A stretch of DNA of 64,000 bases from Lytechinus pictus (lineage: Eukaryota). The translations under genes and the position numbers were made by a program. Below, piece after piece: positions 15,101 to 25,297 of this stretch (its first letter is position 1; each line of letters starts with the position of its first letter). A model generated the notes under the pieces. It searched no databases. It saw nothing but the letters and a program-made list of their open reading frames with translations, and was not told the DNA's origin. The stretch is taken from assembly GCF_037042905.1 (NCBI RefSeq), contig NC_087248.1, positions 1,860,001 through 1,924,000 on the forward strand. Direction: 5' to 3'.

Positions 15101-16670
15101 ATATTGGGTAGGAATGGAACACACATGGTAGCTGGGTAATTTTCCCCCAATATTGGGCAAAATTCATGTGATTGCGTAACACACTATTTTGGTATATTTT
15201 TACCCAACAAATATGCATGTTCCCATTTTACCCAATATTGGGTAAACCTTTTTTTAGAGTGCAGAAACCGACAGTTTGAAGTCAATTGCGTGTTTTAATC
15301 CTTCATTGACAACAATGACACGTGAATGAGTCATTTATTTGGTTTTGGAAACTGGGATCCTTTAAACTTTTTTAATGGCGTTTATGATATGGTTTATGTA
15401 TACTACAAAACCTGGTGGAAATTTAAAAAGACTGAGACCAATTTTCTTCAAACGGAATAATTAGCTGTCAACTCTCAATTGGGTAGTTTTCTTTTGGAAA
15501 ACTTGGTTTGAACATAAGACGACTTTGGAATTACAAAGAAGTTCATATTCTGATTCCTCAAAATCGAGTTCAAGAGCTTACACAAGCCTTAGCTTACGAA
15601 GAGGGTCCCTCCCTCACCATTCCCGTAATGATACTTGAAACAAAATATCTTGTTTCCTGTTTAACAGTTTACAAGGAGACTTTTTAATCAATCTTGAAAA
15701 ACACTTCTAAACAAACAAAGACAGATGATGAATTAACAAAAACTTTTGAAACGCCTTTTATAATAAGATCTCGTCATTGAAACTCACTTATGTCTTTATC
15801 CTAAACATTTTTAAAACGCAAGTTAAGATTAAGAGTAGTCAGATTTATTGATGAGGTTATGCAATTTATTCTACCATAACTGAGGGTATTTATTTATCTT
15901 AATAAAAAAATCGTTATCTCTTTTGAAACTTGTCAGCCCGTCAGCAGTAAGACAGATTAATGATCAGATGATGCAGTTAGAGAAGGCATTTATCAAGGAG
16001 CTACCTGACAATAGACTTGATAGGTGTGTATAGACTTCCGTTGCTTCTCGAACTCTTTATGTCGTCACACTATCTTTCCTACCCCTCTTCATTTATATTT
16101 TCCATAGTGAGCCACCAACAAATTCTATCATTTCTACCATCTGCTAAAATAATAATTTCGGTATCATGTTTATTAGTTTGGAAACAAAGGACATTAAAAA
16201 ACGTAAACGCGTAGAAGCAAAACACACTGCAAAACACCAATTATGAGATTTTAAAATGATGATATTGTGTGCAGTTTGGTGTTGCAAAGTCCAATACGAC
16301 GCAACAAAAAATATACATTTCATCATGTTTATGGTCATTTTGTTTTATTTGTCTTTTCTTTAATGTAATTGTTATACATATAAATCTCCAATCCACTATT
16401 TCAGTAATCTATGGTGATTCCATCTTCTAATTTCCATTGCTTTTCATTAATTAATTACCTTTATACACCAGACACGTCTTATTCTCACCAAGATTCACGG
16501 AATACGACGCCAGAGTTGGGCCTTTCCCAGGCATCGCTGATGCGTTACATAAGATCTTACAAGACTCCAACCAAGAGACACGCTGGAAAGTAGTATCCCA
16601 GCAAGTCGCTATTTTGACGCATGCTATTGAGGCAGCGACCGCTGTTTTGAAAGATGTGACGTCATGGTAA
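3065..16670 (+). CDS. Glutamate carboxypeptidase II / NAALADase-like (M28B) multi-exon gene, 5'-partial; possibly disabled because one exon is not found
   Basis: 15 AG/GT-bounded exons translate to [69 protein letters not shown] and FPGIADAL. Splice phases are compatible at every junction except 10042/11177. Confidence 0.93.
4555..4683 (+). CDS. NAALADase exon, PA domain ([14 protein letters not shown]...GRNTK)
   Basis: ccag / gtaaga, 129 nt. Confidence 0.95.
4870..5845 (+). mobile_element. Non-autonomous Helentron-like element, family 2, 5'-truncated
   Basis: Internal tandem repeats with GGTCAAAGGTCA; ends GCAGGCGAGAC..CCACTTGTTT; reverse copy at 57271-57951. Confidence 0.75.
6304..6496 (+). 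CDS. NAALADase exon ([18 protein letters not shown]...[11 protein letters not shown])
   Basis: cag / gtaaaa, 193 nt. Confidence 0.95.
6518..6788. mobile_element. MITE, PIF/Harbinger-like termini
   Basis: GGCCCCGTGTTACAAAGAGTTACGATT ... AATCGCAACTCTTTGTAAGACGGGCCC inverted ends. Confidence 0.7.
7098..7188 (+). CDS. NAALADase exon ([29 protein letters not shown])
   Basis: ttcctag / gtaagg, 91 nt, phase 1/2. Confidence 0.93.
7223..8206. mobile_element. hAT-like non-autonomous element with internal GCGAGCGCGAAGCGCGAGC array
   Basis: 8-bp duplication ATTATACC (7215-7222, 8207-8214); right end TACGCCACTG, degenerate left end TGGTAGCGTA. Confidence 0.75.
8785..8880 (+). CDS. NAALADase exon ([11 protein letters not shown]...[11 protein letters not shown])
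   Basis: acag / gtaagc, 96 nt, phase 2/2. Confidence 0.9.
9450..9535 (+). CDS. NAALADase exon (KVRLAVNS...[13 protein letters not shown])
   Basis: ttacag / gtgagt, 86 nt, phase 2/1. Confidence 0.93.
9923..10042 (+). CDS. NAALADase exon with Zn ligands ([24 protein letters not shown])
   Basis: atag / gtgaat, 120 nt; HxD and DP motifs of M28 peptidases. Confidence 0.96.
11177..11240 (+). CDS. NAALADase exon ([21 protein letters not shown])
   Basis: poly-T..gacag / gtaagt, 64 nt, phase 0/1; Zn-ligand Asp. Confidence 0.93.
11677..11744 (+). CDS. NAALADase exon ([23 protein letters not shown])
   Basis: tttcag / gtaaag, 68 nt. Confidence 0.92.
12316..12401 (+). CDS. NAALADase exon ([28 protein letters not shown])
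   Basis: cacag / gtaaga, 86 nt. Confidence 0.9.
12781..12859 (+). CDS. NAALADase exon ([26 protein letters not shown])
   Basis: tttcag / gtacgt, 79 nt, phase 2/0. Confidence 0.88.
13267..13525 (+). CDS. NAALADase exon ([11 protein letters not shown]...IDP...[10 protein letters not shown]...HGISL)
   Basis: cacag / gtaaga, 259 nt; YH Zn ligand. Confidence 0.95.
14959..15040 (+). CDS. NAALADase exon ([26 protein letters not shown])
   Basis: tttcag / gtatga, 82 nt. Confidence 0.92.
15069..15261. mobile_element. CACTA/EnSpm-like MITE
   Basis: CACTCTAAAAAA...TTTTTTAGAGTG with 2-bp CA duplication; absent from the paralogous intron (~47400). Confidence 0.8.
15937..16023 (+). CDS. NAALADase exon ([28 protein letters not shown])
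   Basis: tgtcag / gtgtgt, 87 nt; TfR-dimerisation domain motif. Confidence 0.93.
16472..16670 (+). CDS. NAALADase last coding exon (HVLFSP...FPGIADAL...DVTSW*)
   Basis: ccag acceptor, TAA stop at 16668-16670. Confidence 0.94.
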
Positions 16671-18599
16671 ACACAAGGGCGTACTGTGAGGGGTTGGGAG
16701 TGGGAGCTGCAGGAAACATGTTCATGCACTGATGTCCCTTTTAGTGGCGCAAAAAGGCATTAGTGAGAGAAATGAATAAAGAATAGTTTAATGTAAGGAA
16801 TGTTCAAAATCTAGAGCGTCTAGAGATGCGATTTCAATAAAACATGGGTGGGTTGCCTATTGTGAGCAACCTTCTTCTGCCGCAGGATCTTCTCTTGGGA
16901 ATAATTTACCATTCAATTTAAGAATTGTATCATTACTAGAGACTTTCAAATCCAAATTGAAGTCTTTTCTAACGGTACCAGTTCTTTGCACGAAGACACT
17001 AACTTGTCCAAACTCGATTTTCTTGTGCTCCTCAGAATAGAAATTTTCTAGAAAGATGGTGCCATATAAATGCAGATGCCATCCAATGTTGTAAGTTGGA
17101 ATGGAAATGTTCGTTTCCTAGATACACCAATGGTTATCGCTACTGTGCTAATGAACTGATTTATTTTGTACAGTTTTGTGACCAATCTTGCTCCAGATGA
17201 TTGGTTGATATTAGATGTCTAAGATATTCCGTCCAAACTACGTGTGCATTTCAACACACTTACCATACACTTAATATTTACTTCAAATCAATAAATCTTT
17301 TCTTTCACTTCTCAGCACATTTTGTGTACATGATTAATATAGGAGATGTTTCGGATGTATATCATATTTTTTTGCAATACGTCTCAAGATAACTATATTT
17401 TCATTTCAATGACTAAATGTAGCTTGATATGGATTGTAGGTTGTAAGATTAAAAGTGCAGAAAGAGTCTTGGATCTTTTTATTATTTTACATTCAATTGT
17501 TGAAAATATATTTCAAATATTTCAGGAGAATATAACTGATGAATATTTTCTCAAAATGATATTTGTATATAGGCTGGTTGAGTATTCATTGTAGGGCCAA
17601 CATTTGGGGATGTGTGTATACCACAGTGGAGAAAATAATTATGCATAATTATAGCGACTTAAACAATTAAACCAAACTCATACTCCAGTAGAAACCATTT
17701 CTGAAATTACCTTATTTCAGATTTCAGCTCACTGAAAGGAATTTTAGATTTCACAAGCTAGCCCATGATTTCTCCTTTGATACTGTGCTCTCATCCTTAT
17801 TTGTGAGAAGTACGAGGCTGATATCTCCATATCAGAAAATTTCCACGTCATAGATGGGAAAATTAATGCTGTATAAATATGTGCATATTTGTTTTGTATC
17901 TGAATCACATTCTGTTTAAATATTGATTTTTACCCCTAAAGATGCTCTCAATATGCAGATCTGTTTTTGAAATAAGCTTATGAACATCTGATCTTTAAAG
18001 ACAAATAGTCCATTATAAATGAACTTTGGCAAGTTTTAATAAAAGTTGTTAGATAAGAATAGACGCAGTCAACTTTTATTGATAAAATCGTAGGTAACTA
18101 TGTTTGTAGATAATATACATAATATACGTTGATTCATTTTGTAAATATTTGTAAATAGATATATTCTTAATGTTTGTTGGTACAAACGATTATGTCTATA
18201 ATCTTTTGCTAGAGGTGTTTTGATATAATGCTCGATCTAGTGTCGAAGTGTTTTTAAAACTTGATTTTTAAGAGTATGCCAGTTTTCTACTTAAATGAAA
18301 CTGTAGTTTTATGTAGTAACAAATCTGATATGAGGGGTAATTTTCAGATAAACATGGAATATATAATATTGATTCAAATAAATACGTGAAAATAAAAAAT
18401 AACATAAAAAACGAAGATATTTCTGTCAAATTATAAGAAAGGCCAGCAATACATCATTCTGATCGGAAATCTAAGATGAGATATTACTTGTTTATCTGAA
18501 AATGACCTCTCATATAAGATTTGGTAATACATAAATATGCAGTTTCATTAAATTAAAAAGCATGCATACTGTTTTGAAAAATGATTTTGAAAATGTATG

Positions 18600-18685
18600 T
18601 AAAGCGCTTAAAGACATCGTTCCGATGTATTAAGCGCTATGTAAAAAGCGGATTATTGTTATTATTATTATGATTGTTATTATTG
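18600..18685 (+). mobile_element. 3' fragment of a SINE/LINE
   Basis: AGCGCTT...TAAGCGCTAT plus (ATT)n tail, resembling the tails at 45590-45647 and 26930-26970. Confidence 0.55.
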
Positions 18686-20143
18686 TCACAAATGTTTAAA
18701 ATAAATTATTAATGTAGTTACATTTACTTTATAAGTAATGAAACATACGAATTAAAACAGTTTGTCTTTTCATATGTTTATTTCGTCCGTTGTTATTTAT
18801 TCAAGTGACATATAAAGCATAAGGATACGGTATATATTTTTTTTGACAAGAATATTCATCGACCAATACAAATCTATATTCATCAGTTGATTCATATTCA
18901 GTTACAATATAAACAGGGGAAATAAAACTTGTACCTCACGTGAATTGTGTGCCTGTATGGATTTTATTTTACTTAAAAAGTCATGTATTTTGAATACTAG
19001 TGAAAAGGATAATTAAAATCTTTTTTTCACAAGGCAACAGCTTAAATAAAATGACGAATGAACATGAAAGTATGAAGAATAATTTCTATCTTCATGACAA
19101 ATAAGACCGTACGTCTTTGCACACAGCAATCATTCCGTAAACAAATAAACTAAAGTTAAAAAACAGTCCATTAATCTTAACAGATTTCTAAAGCAAACCG
19201 ATCATACTTCTTAGACTTTGAGAGTGATTTGATATCACAATAATAAGATAAGATACACGCTAACCAGCATTGAAGCCGTTTTAACCAGGCAGGTTAATGT
19301 TTATTCTGCAATCTATTGACATATTGCGCCCCTGACGCAAATAAATAATCATTGTGTCGGTACATAATTACACCGATACATTCACCATGTTCAAATCTGT
19401 CACCTTTCCTTTTCCTATTTTCCCTCCTTCCCATTTTTGTTTGCTTTTGAGTTGCCTTTTCAGTGTCTTCCTCTTTCTCCCCTTTTCATATCCCTACCCC
19501 TTCTTTTCCTCTTCATTTTTTAAATTGGGTTAACCAGATGAGGAGGAGGGGATTCCCACCTTTAATACGGCCTTGTTGTCAAAAAGTTTTCTACTTTTGT
19601 TAAAAATGTATTTCCTCAGACAGTTATTCCCTATCATGCATGTACAGTGCAATTTATATGAATATCAACATTTTAAGATTTCTATGAGTTATACGGTAAG
19701 AATTTGGCTATTCCAAGAGAGCTTTTGGCCAATTATCACTAACCCATTTCTTTGACCAACTATACGTATTTTACCCTGACACTGTGTAATCATGTAAAAT
19801 TAAGTCTGTGACTTCTAATAATGTTTTACAATAAACTTTGATTTGAAATTAATTGGATGGAAGTTTGCGAAATAAATTCAGCTTATTGTCTGACGTCCTG
19901 TACATTTCCATCAATAAAAAAAAACCCGTCATAACACTTCTAGAAATAATGATTTTCATCGCGTTATGGTCAAGAAAAAAAATGATTAAATGAAACGTAA
20001 ATACAGTATTTGATTACTAGAAGTGACTTTTGACAAATGATTTTGCCTTTATTTTTCGCTCACTTATGCATTATTCAATTGATAAATGGTCGATATCTAA
20101 TGTTATCGACTAAGTTTAACGTTTAATGTTTCGACGTAACAAT

Positions 20144-20237
20144 AAAATCAATATCAGTATTGGCCAAATTACAAATTATTCCAACAGACAAAAATCAATA
20201 TCAGTATTGGCCAAATTACAAATTATTCCAACAGACA
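20144..20237. repeat. Perfect 47-bp tandem duplication
   Basis: AAAATCAATATCAGTATTGGCCAAATTACAAATTATTCCAACAGACA x2. Confidence 0.9.
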
Positions 20238-20418
20238 TTAAGACATTATTTTATTCTTTAATGTGGTCAAATGCAATCGTTCGCAATCTAAATTTTAATT
20301 GATCACAAGTTTTGTTTGGCCCTTGTTCCTGTTCTAGTCTAACTTTCCCCTGATATTATTTTCATGTGGTATTATTTTTTTTACATCTTTTTCTCCTCAT
20401 CATTTTCCGATCATTGAA

Positions 20419-21420
20419 TTAACCATTATTATTAGTAGTATCATTGTCAAGGCGTTGTGGATCGGGGTTTCCATTTTGGCTTTGGTTGGCTTCCATTGTT
20501 TTCGGATTCATGTATTTTCGGAAGCTCCAAAAAGCATAAACCATCAGGATGACCAAAGGGATTGTTGTTAGTACTGCCACAATAGTAACAAGGGGGCCAC
20601 TCCATTCTAGTCGGACCTGTCGATCAAAATGGCTGTCATCAGGAGTTTCGAGGTGTTTTTCAGTTAAATGTTGGTCTAATGATTCTGTGTGCTCTGGCTT
20701 GGTTGATAAAGAAGGGGAGGTTGGGGTGATGACTACTGATTCCCCCGTCTTGTCATATTGGAGGTTTAATGTGAATTCATTACAATTAGCCTCATTCGTT
20801 CTTTCACTAACATCGAGACTACAGCATCTGGTAGGCTCCCCTCTCTCAATCCACATTGTTTTGACTATGTTTGAACTATATCTTTCTTCCCGACGTTGTA
20901 GGTAAGGAGTTATTCTGCCGTTCTGGTAGCATCTTAAGACACCTGGAATGCTCCCTTCACTTGCAATACATTTCACCCACTGCCATCTCCCTGATATTTC
21001 AATGTCACTGTCAGTATCTTGAAGAATAGTACAGTTTGCTTTTCCTGGTGGGTACTTTACAGTGAGACTTATACTCTCTCTGGAACATTCTTCCTTTTCT
21101 TCACCAACAGTCCGATATGCCCGACATATGTATGTACCGCCATCATTTCTAGAAACATTATGGATAACAACATATTTTATATGATAATGTTGAGGTCCCT
21201 CGTCTACTCTAAAACGAAGCTTTCGGTCCCCCTGGAGAGATGATTGAATAAATGTACCGTTTCTATAAAATGGTTTTCCATACTGTTTGCTTATTTCAAT
21301 TAAACAGTTTTCAGTATCGATTAGCCTGCCACAAAATGTGAATTTTACACGTTCTCCTTCGTAATGCTGCAGTTGGGCTTCACAAATATGAAGAATTAAG
21401 AAAAGATAACCAAGGATCAT
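20419..21420 (-). CDS. Intronless type I membrane protein: Ig (V-like) domain + Cys-rich domain (subfamily A), 333 aa
   Basis: Hydrophobic N-terminus; IHNVSRNDGGTYICR Ig F-strand motif; YPPGKANC...CCS; TM LVTIVAVLTTIPLVILMVYAFW; paralog at 60833. Confidence 0.88.
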   Translation of the reverse strand: MILGYLFLILHICEAQLQHYEGERVKFTFCGRLIDTENCLIEISKQYGKPFYRNGTFIQSSLQGDRKLRFRVDEGPQHYHIKYVVIHNVSRNDGGTYICRAYRTVGEEKEECSRESISLTVKYPPGKANCTILQDTDSDIEISGRWQWVKCIASEGSIPGVLRCYQNGRITPYLQRREERYSSNIVKTMWIERGEPTRCCSLDVSERTNEANCNEFTLNLQYDKTGESVVITPTSPSLSTKPEHTESLDQHLTEKHLETPDDSHFDRQVRLEWSGPLVTIVAVLTTIPLVILMVYAFWSFRKYMNPKTMEANQSQNGNPDPQRLDNDTTNNNG

Positions 21421-21823
21421 TTTTCATGTTCAATTGCAGGCAATGTTGAGACTGGCTGCACGACGAGTATAAATACTTGAATGATATTTTAATCAGTGCT
21501 AACGCTATTATGACTTCTTAGATGATATAATGTTCATCTCCGTGCTTTTATAGGGACCTTACATATGCACTTGTTCAACCAAATGATGAAAGTAATCGAA
21601 AATTTTGCACTTCGTTTAAACCTCCGATGTGTAGTCGCAGATTTGAAATTCCATTACATTCGAAAGGATTTCGTTATTTCGTAGACCAATACGCTGTGGT
21701 GGTACATCTGTCAAAAAAAGAAAAAGAGTATCTCTAAAATGGTATTTCTTTCTTCGAATTGATGAGGATGAAGATGATGATAAATCAATGAAAATCAGTG
21801 AAAATATCGATATAATATATATA

Positions 21824-22690
21824 CAGTGCGTATCAAAATAAAGTTACACTTTGAAAAGCCCTGGGAATAAAAAAATATACAACATGTGGGTATTTTTTTC
21901 ACATATAAACTTGGGTTTGGGTCTCATCTATCCAATGAAAGTAAAGGTTTTGACAGAATGTTACACTTGAGTGAGCACTGTTCATTTTTTGTAAAGCTCG
22001 CAGAAATCTGTTTGCGCAGAAATGCTCATTTTCAGGCTGTGTCAAGGGGAAAGGGCGAAATCAAACTTACCCTTCGAAACATTTCTCATACATTTCCCTT
22101 GCACTTTTAGTCAATTGAAATAAAACGGATACATTCAAGCATTTTGTATAAATTTTGCCACCCAAATTGAAATTTCAACACTTTAGTAAGCACAACCTTT
22201 ACCCTTTTTGTGCCAGCTGGATCTGAGGACATAACCGAATCTGAACAAAAGTTTATATCAGACATCTCAGCATTTTTTCACTAATTTTTATCATTTAAAG
22301 TGAGTTTACATTTCATTTTTCATTTAATACTAGTTTCTCCACACTTTTTCCAAGCTTGACAATGATTAACAAAATGAAAATCAAGCTTAAGCCCTTTCAT
22401 GTAAATCACAGCTCAGTGTAAAGCAAATATCGTCACGATGACCTCGGTGTGTGGGGGAGTGGGGGTGGGGCGCAATGTACTCTCTGAAGTGTTTTGGGCA
22501 AGGAAACAATTAAAAAAAAAGGAAGAAGATATCTTGAAATTAATTTACTAGCTAAATTCCACGTGTTCTTCATGATTAAGATCTACTTTTATTCGCATAA
22601 CTATTTTCAAAATTCTGCGCAAATCACTTTTCACTAACTTTTCAGAAGTAAGTGGTGCTCACTCAAGCATAATATTTTTCGACAGTGTTA
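21824..22690 (+). mobile_element. Tc1/mariner-like MITE, right end lost
   Basis: TA|CAGTGCGTATCAAAA start; internal inverted matches (TGAGTGAGCAC ~21968 / GTGCTCACTCA ~22655); truncated by the tRNA-bearing repeat. Confidence 0.55.
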
Positions 22691-22699
22691 TCGTGGCCG

Positions 22700-22889
22700 C
22701 GGCGTTCAAAGCTGGAGGCCCGGGTTCGATTCCCGGCAGAGACATTTTTTCGGCATCACCAATTTTTCCAAAGGGTAGATAGCTCTGGGGAACCTTGATT
22801 TAAGCTACGCCTACCATTGTTCTCTTCTATCACAAAATATTTAAATAAAAAAGAGTTGCCAAAGCTGCTGTACATGTGTAACTTCACAC

Positions 22890-22933
<44 letters not shown>

Positions 22934-23400
22934 AAAGTTATACATGTACAACAGCTTTGGCAACTCTTTTATTTAAATATTGTAAAGAACTGGATGAAGA
23001 GAACAATGGTAGGCGTAGCTTAAATCAAGGTTCCCCAGAGCTATCTACCCTTTGGAAAAATTGGTGATGCCGAAAAATGTCTCTGCCGGGAATCGAACCC
23101 GGGCCCCGAGCTTTGAACGCCGGTGCCTTAACCACTAGACCACAGAGACGGGTTAGTGGCTAGGGCGACCCGATCCGATTGACCGTCAGATAGACAGATT
23201 TTCGACACTATACCAATTATAATTTCCTTTGTCGGGTGAAGGTGGGTTTCGAACAATGACAAGCCGCCATGCTTCAGCTGGATCAAAGCTAATGCTTTGA
23301 TACAGTACACGTATGGGAGAAAGTATACAAATGTGTAAAGTTATACATGTACAACAGCTTTGGCAACTCTTTTATTTATGTTCTCTTCATCCAGTTCTTT

Positions 23401-23407
<7 letters not shown>
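22700..23407. mobile_element. Unclassified (TA)n-associated tRNA-bearing repeat: full unit 22929-23407 plus inverted partial copy 22700-22891
   Basis: ~190-bp inverted arms around (TA)n; 47-bp direct repeat (22929-22975 / 23332-23378); 29-bp inverted repeat (22977-23005 / 23379-23407). Confidence 0.8.
23078..23149 (-). tRNA. tRNA or tRNA-like gene with anticodon TCA (opal-suppressor type), tRNA-Glu-like body
   Basis: GTCTCTG TG GTCT AGTGGTTA AGGC A CCGGC GTTCAAA GCTCG GGGC CCGGG TTCGATT CCCGG CAGAGAC A then TTTTT; 72 nt with A and B boxes; one anticodon-stem mismatch. Confidence 0.7.

Positions 23408-23463
<56 letters not shown>
23404..23463. repeat. (TA)n microsatellite; a second tract at ~22893-22927
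   Basis: Direct reading. Confidence 0.95.
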
Positions 23464-23466
<3 letters not shown>

Positions 23467-24374
23467 GACGAAATGAAAGGTTTATTTAATGTTCATCATG
23501 GTTTTGGAACGGTGAAGAGCGTAGAATAATTTTAATCCATGTATATAGTTGATTAGGGAAATTCAGTAATCATTTGTAATCGATTATGTATATAGGTATT
23601 TTCTTTTAAAATATTTAAGCACTATTTGCTGAGAAATAATGATGTTTACAACTGTTTGATTATGTTAGATGTTTACATTTAATCGTTTTTTACTGTTCCA
23701 GTATGAATATTAGAGACAATTACCATTGTTGTTGTTGTAAAGATTTATTTCATAACTCTAACTGTTTTTAAAAGATGATTAAATTTGAATTCTTGACAAT
23801 CTCCCTCCCCGATCATATGATTGGCAGTAAAAGGTTTCTAACCAAAACTCTGTTCAATTTTTATTGGAACCTGCTGCGACAGGATGAGCTTGATTTCTAT
23901 TCAGCAAAGTTATAAGAACTGAATTATTTGATTCTTGCTTGTCGTTATTTTGTTGTATGGAGCTACAAGTATACATGGTCGGAAGAGCAGAGGTACTGAC
24001 GAGAGAAGGAGTGAGAATACTGACTTTACCGAGAGAAGATACGGAAAATACTTAATTTACCGAGATACTGAAAATACGGAATTTACTGAGAATACTGACA
24101 TTACTGAGAATACTGAAAATACTGAGATAAGTGAGGATATTGAATTAAAGTACTGAGATTCCGAAATACTGAAATTACGGAGATGCTAATTACTGGAATG
24201 ACTGAAATAATGGAGATACGGAATGAAGGAGATGTTGAAATCCAGGAGATATAATCTAAGTTACTGGGAAGGAGCAAAGAGTCAGAAGTGAAAAAGACGG
24301 ACTTTACACCAACTGGGTGTATATTGCATCCGAAACGAACCAGCTCTTCAGGAGAGAAAGTCGGTTCGGCTACA
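23464..24374 (+). mobile_element. Putative 5' LTR of a Gypsy-like retrotransposon
   Basis: TGTGAC...GCTACA followed 2 nt later by a PBS and then gag; contains a degenerate 9-bp ACTGARAAT array (~23990-24220); left boundary inferred. Confidence 0.65.
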
Positions 24375-24376
24375 CG

Positions 24377-24394
24377 TGGTTTCAGAAGTGGGAT
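24377..24394 (+). promoter_or_regulatory. Primer-binding site, tRNA-Leu type
   Basis: TGGTTTCAGAAGTGGGAT, one mismatch from TGGTGTCAGAAGTGGGAT (complement of the tRNA-Leu 3' end, recalled). Confidence 0.75.
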
Positions 24395-24415
24395 AGTTGG
24401 TGTTGAAGTTCAGAA

Positions 24416-25297
24416 ATGGATGTTCGAGGACAAAGAAGGCGTGCGGTATCGCCGGCTGAGGTGATGGAGAAGTTGGAGAGCAGTATGGCGGAGATTGATC
24501 AGATGATGGCGGAGATACGGACCAGGATGGGGTTGACGCCATCATGGGGGACTGATGAGGCGTGCGGTAGGCATGGGCCGAGAGTTCAGTTCCGATCTTC
24601 ACAAACTGAAAACTTCAGAGCAGCAAGGATACCGCAGCCTACCGAACTGGAACAAGAATTTTCCAGGACTGAGCTACAAGATACCCGACATACACGAGCA
24701 CCCGAGATGAGAACCGTATCAGGAAATGTACTGCTAAATCATCACCAAGATAGATCGAAGGAACCAAATATTGTACCAGACAAGTTCGACGGCCGCACGC
24801 CGGTTGAAGACTATCTGAACCATTTTCAGGCGTGCATTGTGGTAAATCGCTGGGGAGAATCTGAGGCATTGGAATATCTGGCAGCCTGCCTGAGAGGTTC
24901 TGCGGTTACACTGCTTACACAGAAAACAGGGAGGCGACTCAGTTACTATGAACTAGTGGACAGAATGAGGAAACGATATGGTCCAGGTGGTAAGGCAGAG
25001 GTCTAACTTGCAGAGTTGGGACAGCGACGGAGAGGACCAGGAGAAACATTTCAGGAGTTAGGACAGAGCATAAGAGATCTCACGGCTCTCGCCTATCCTG
25101 AATTTGATAAAGACGGACTAGACCGGTTGGCGAGGAGACACTTTCTAGATGCGATTGTAGATTGCAAAATCCGAGAAGGGGTTTTCCGCTCGCAACCAAG
25201 ATCACTGGACGAGGCAATAGAAGCTGCTTTGAATGCAGAGGCGTTCTCAAGGATGGAGGATGAAAGGTGGGAATACCAGCAGACCAGGATGCTGTAA
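24416..25297 (+). pseudogene. Gypsy-type gag with in-frame stop at 25004-25006; no pol or 3' LTR seen
   Basis: PDKFDGRTPVEDYLNHF..NRW..LAACLRGSA and QELGQSIRDL..AYP..FLDAI..PRSLDEAIEAAL lie in the same frame across a TAA. Confidence 0.85.

Noticed and set aside
20549-20905. Antisense ORFs overlapping the Ig genes, gag and the LINE
   Set aside because: Shadow frames of real coding sequence on the other strand.
23078-23149. Selenocysteine tRNA
   Set aside because: It has a 7/5 acceptor/T-stem layout and a 4-nt variable loop; tRNA-Sec needs an extended stem and a long variable arm.
23240-23280. Hammerhead ribozyme on the minus strand (CTGAAGC..hairpin..CGAAA)
   Set aside because: The core deviates from CUGANGA and I could not assemble stems I and III; an Infernal search would be needed.
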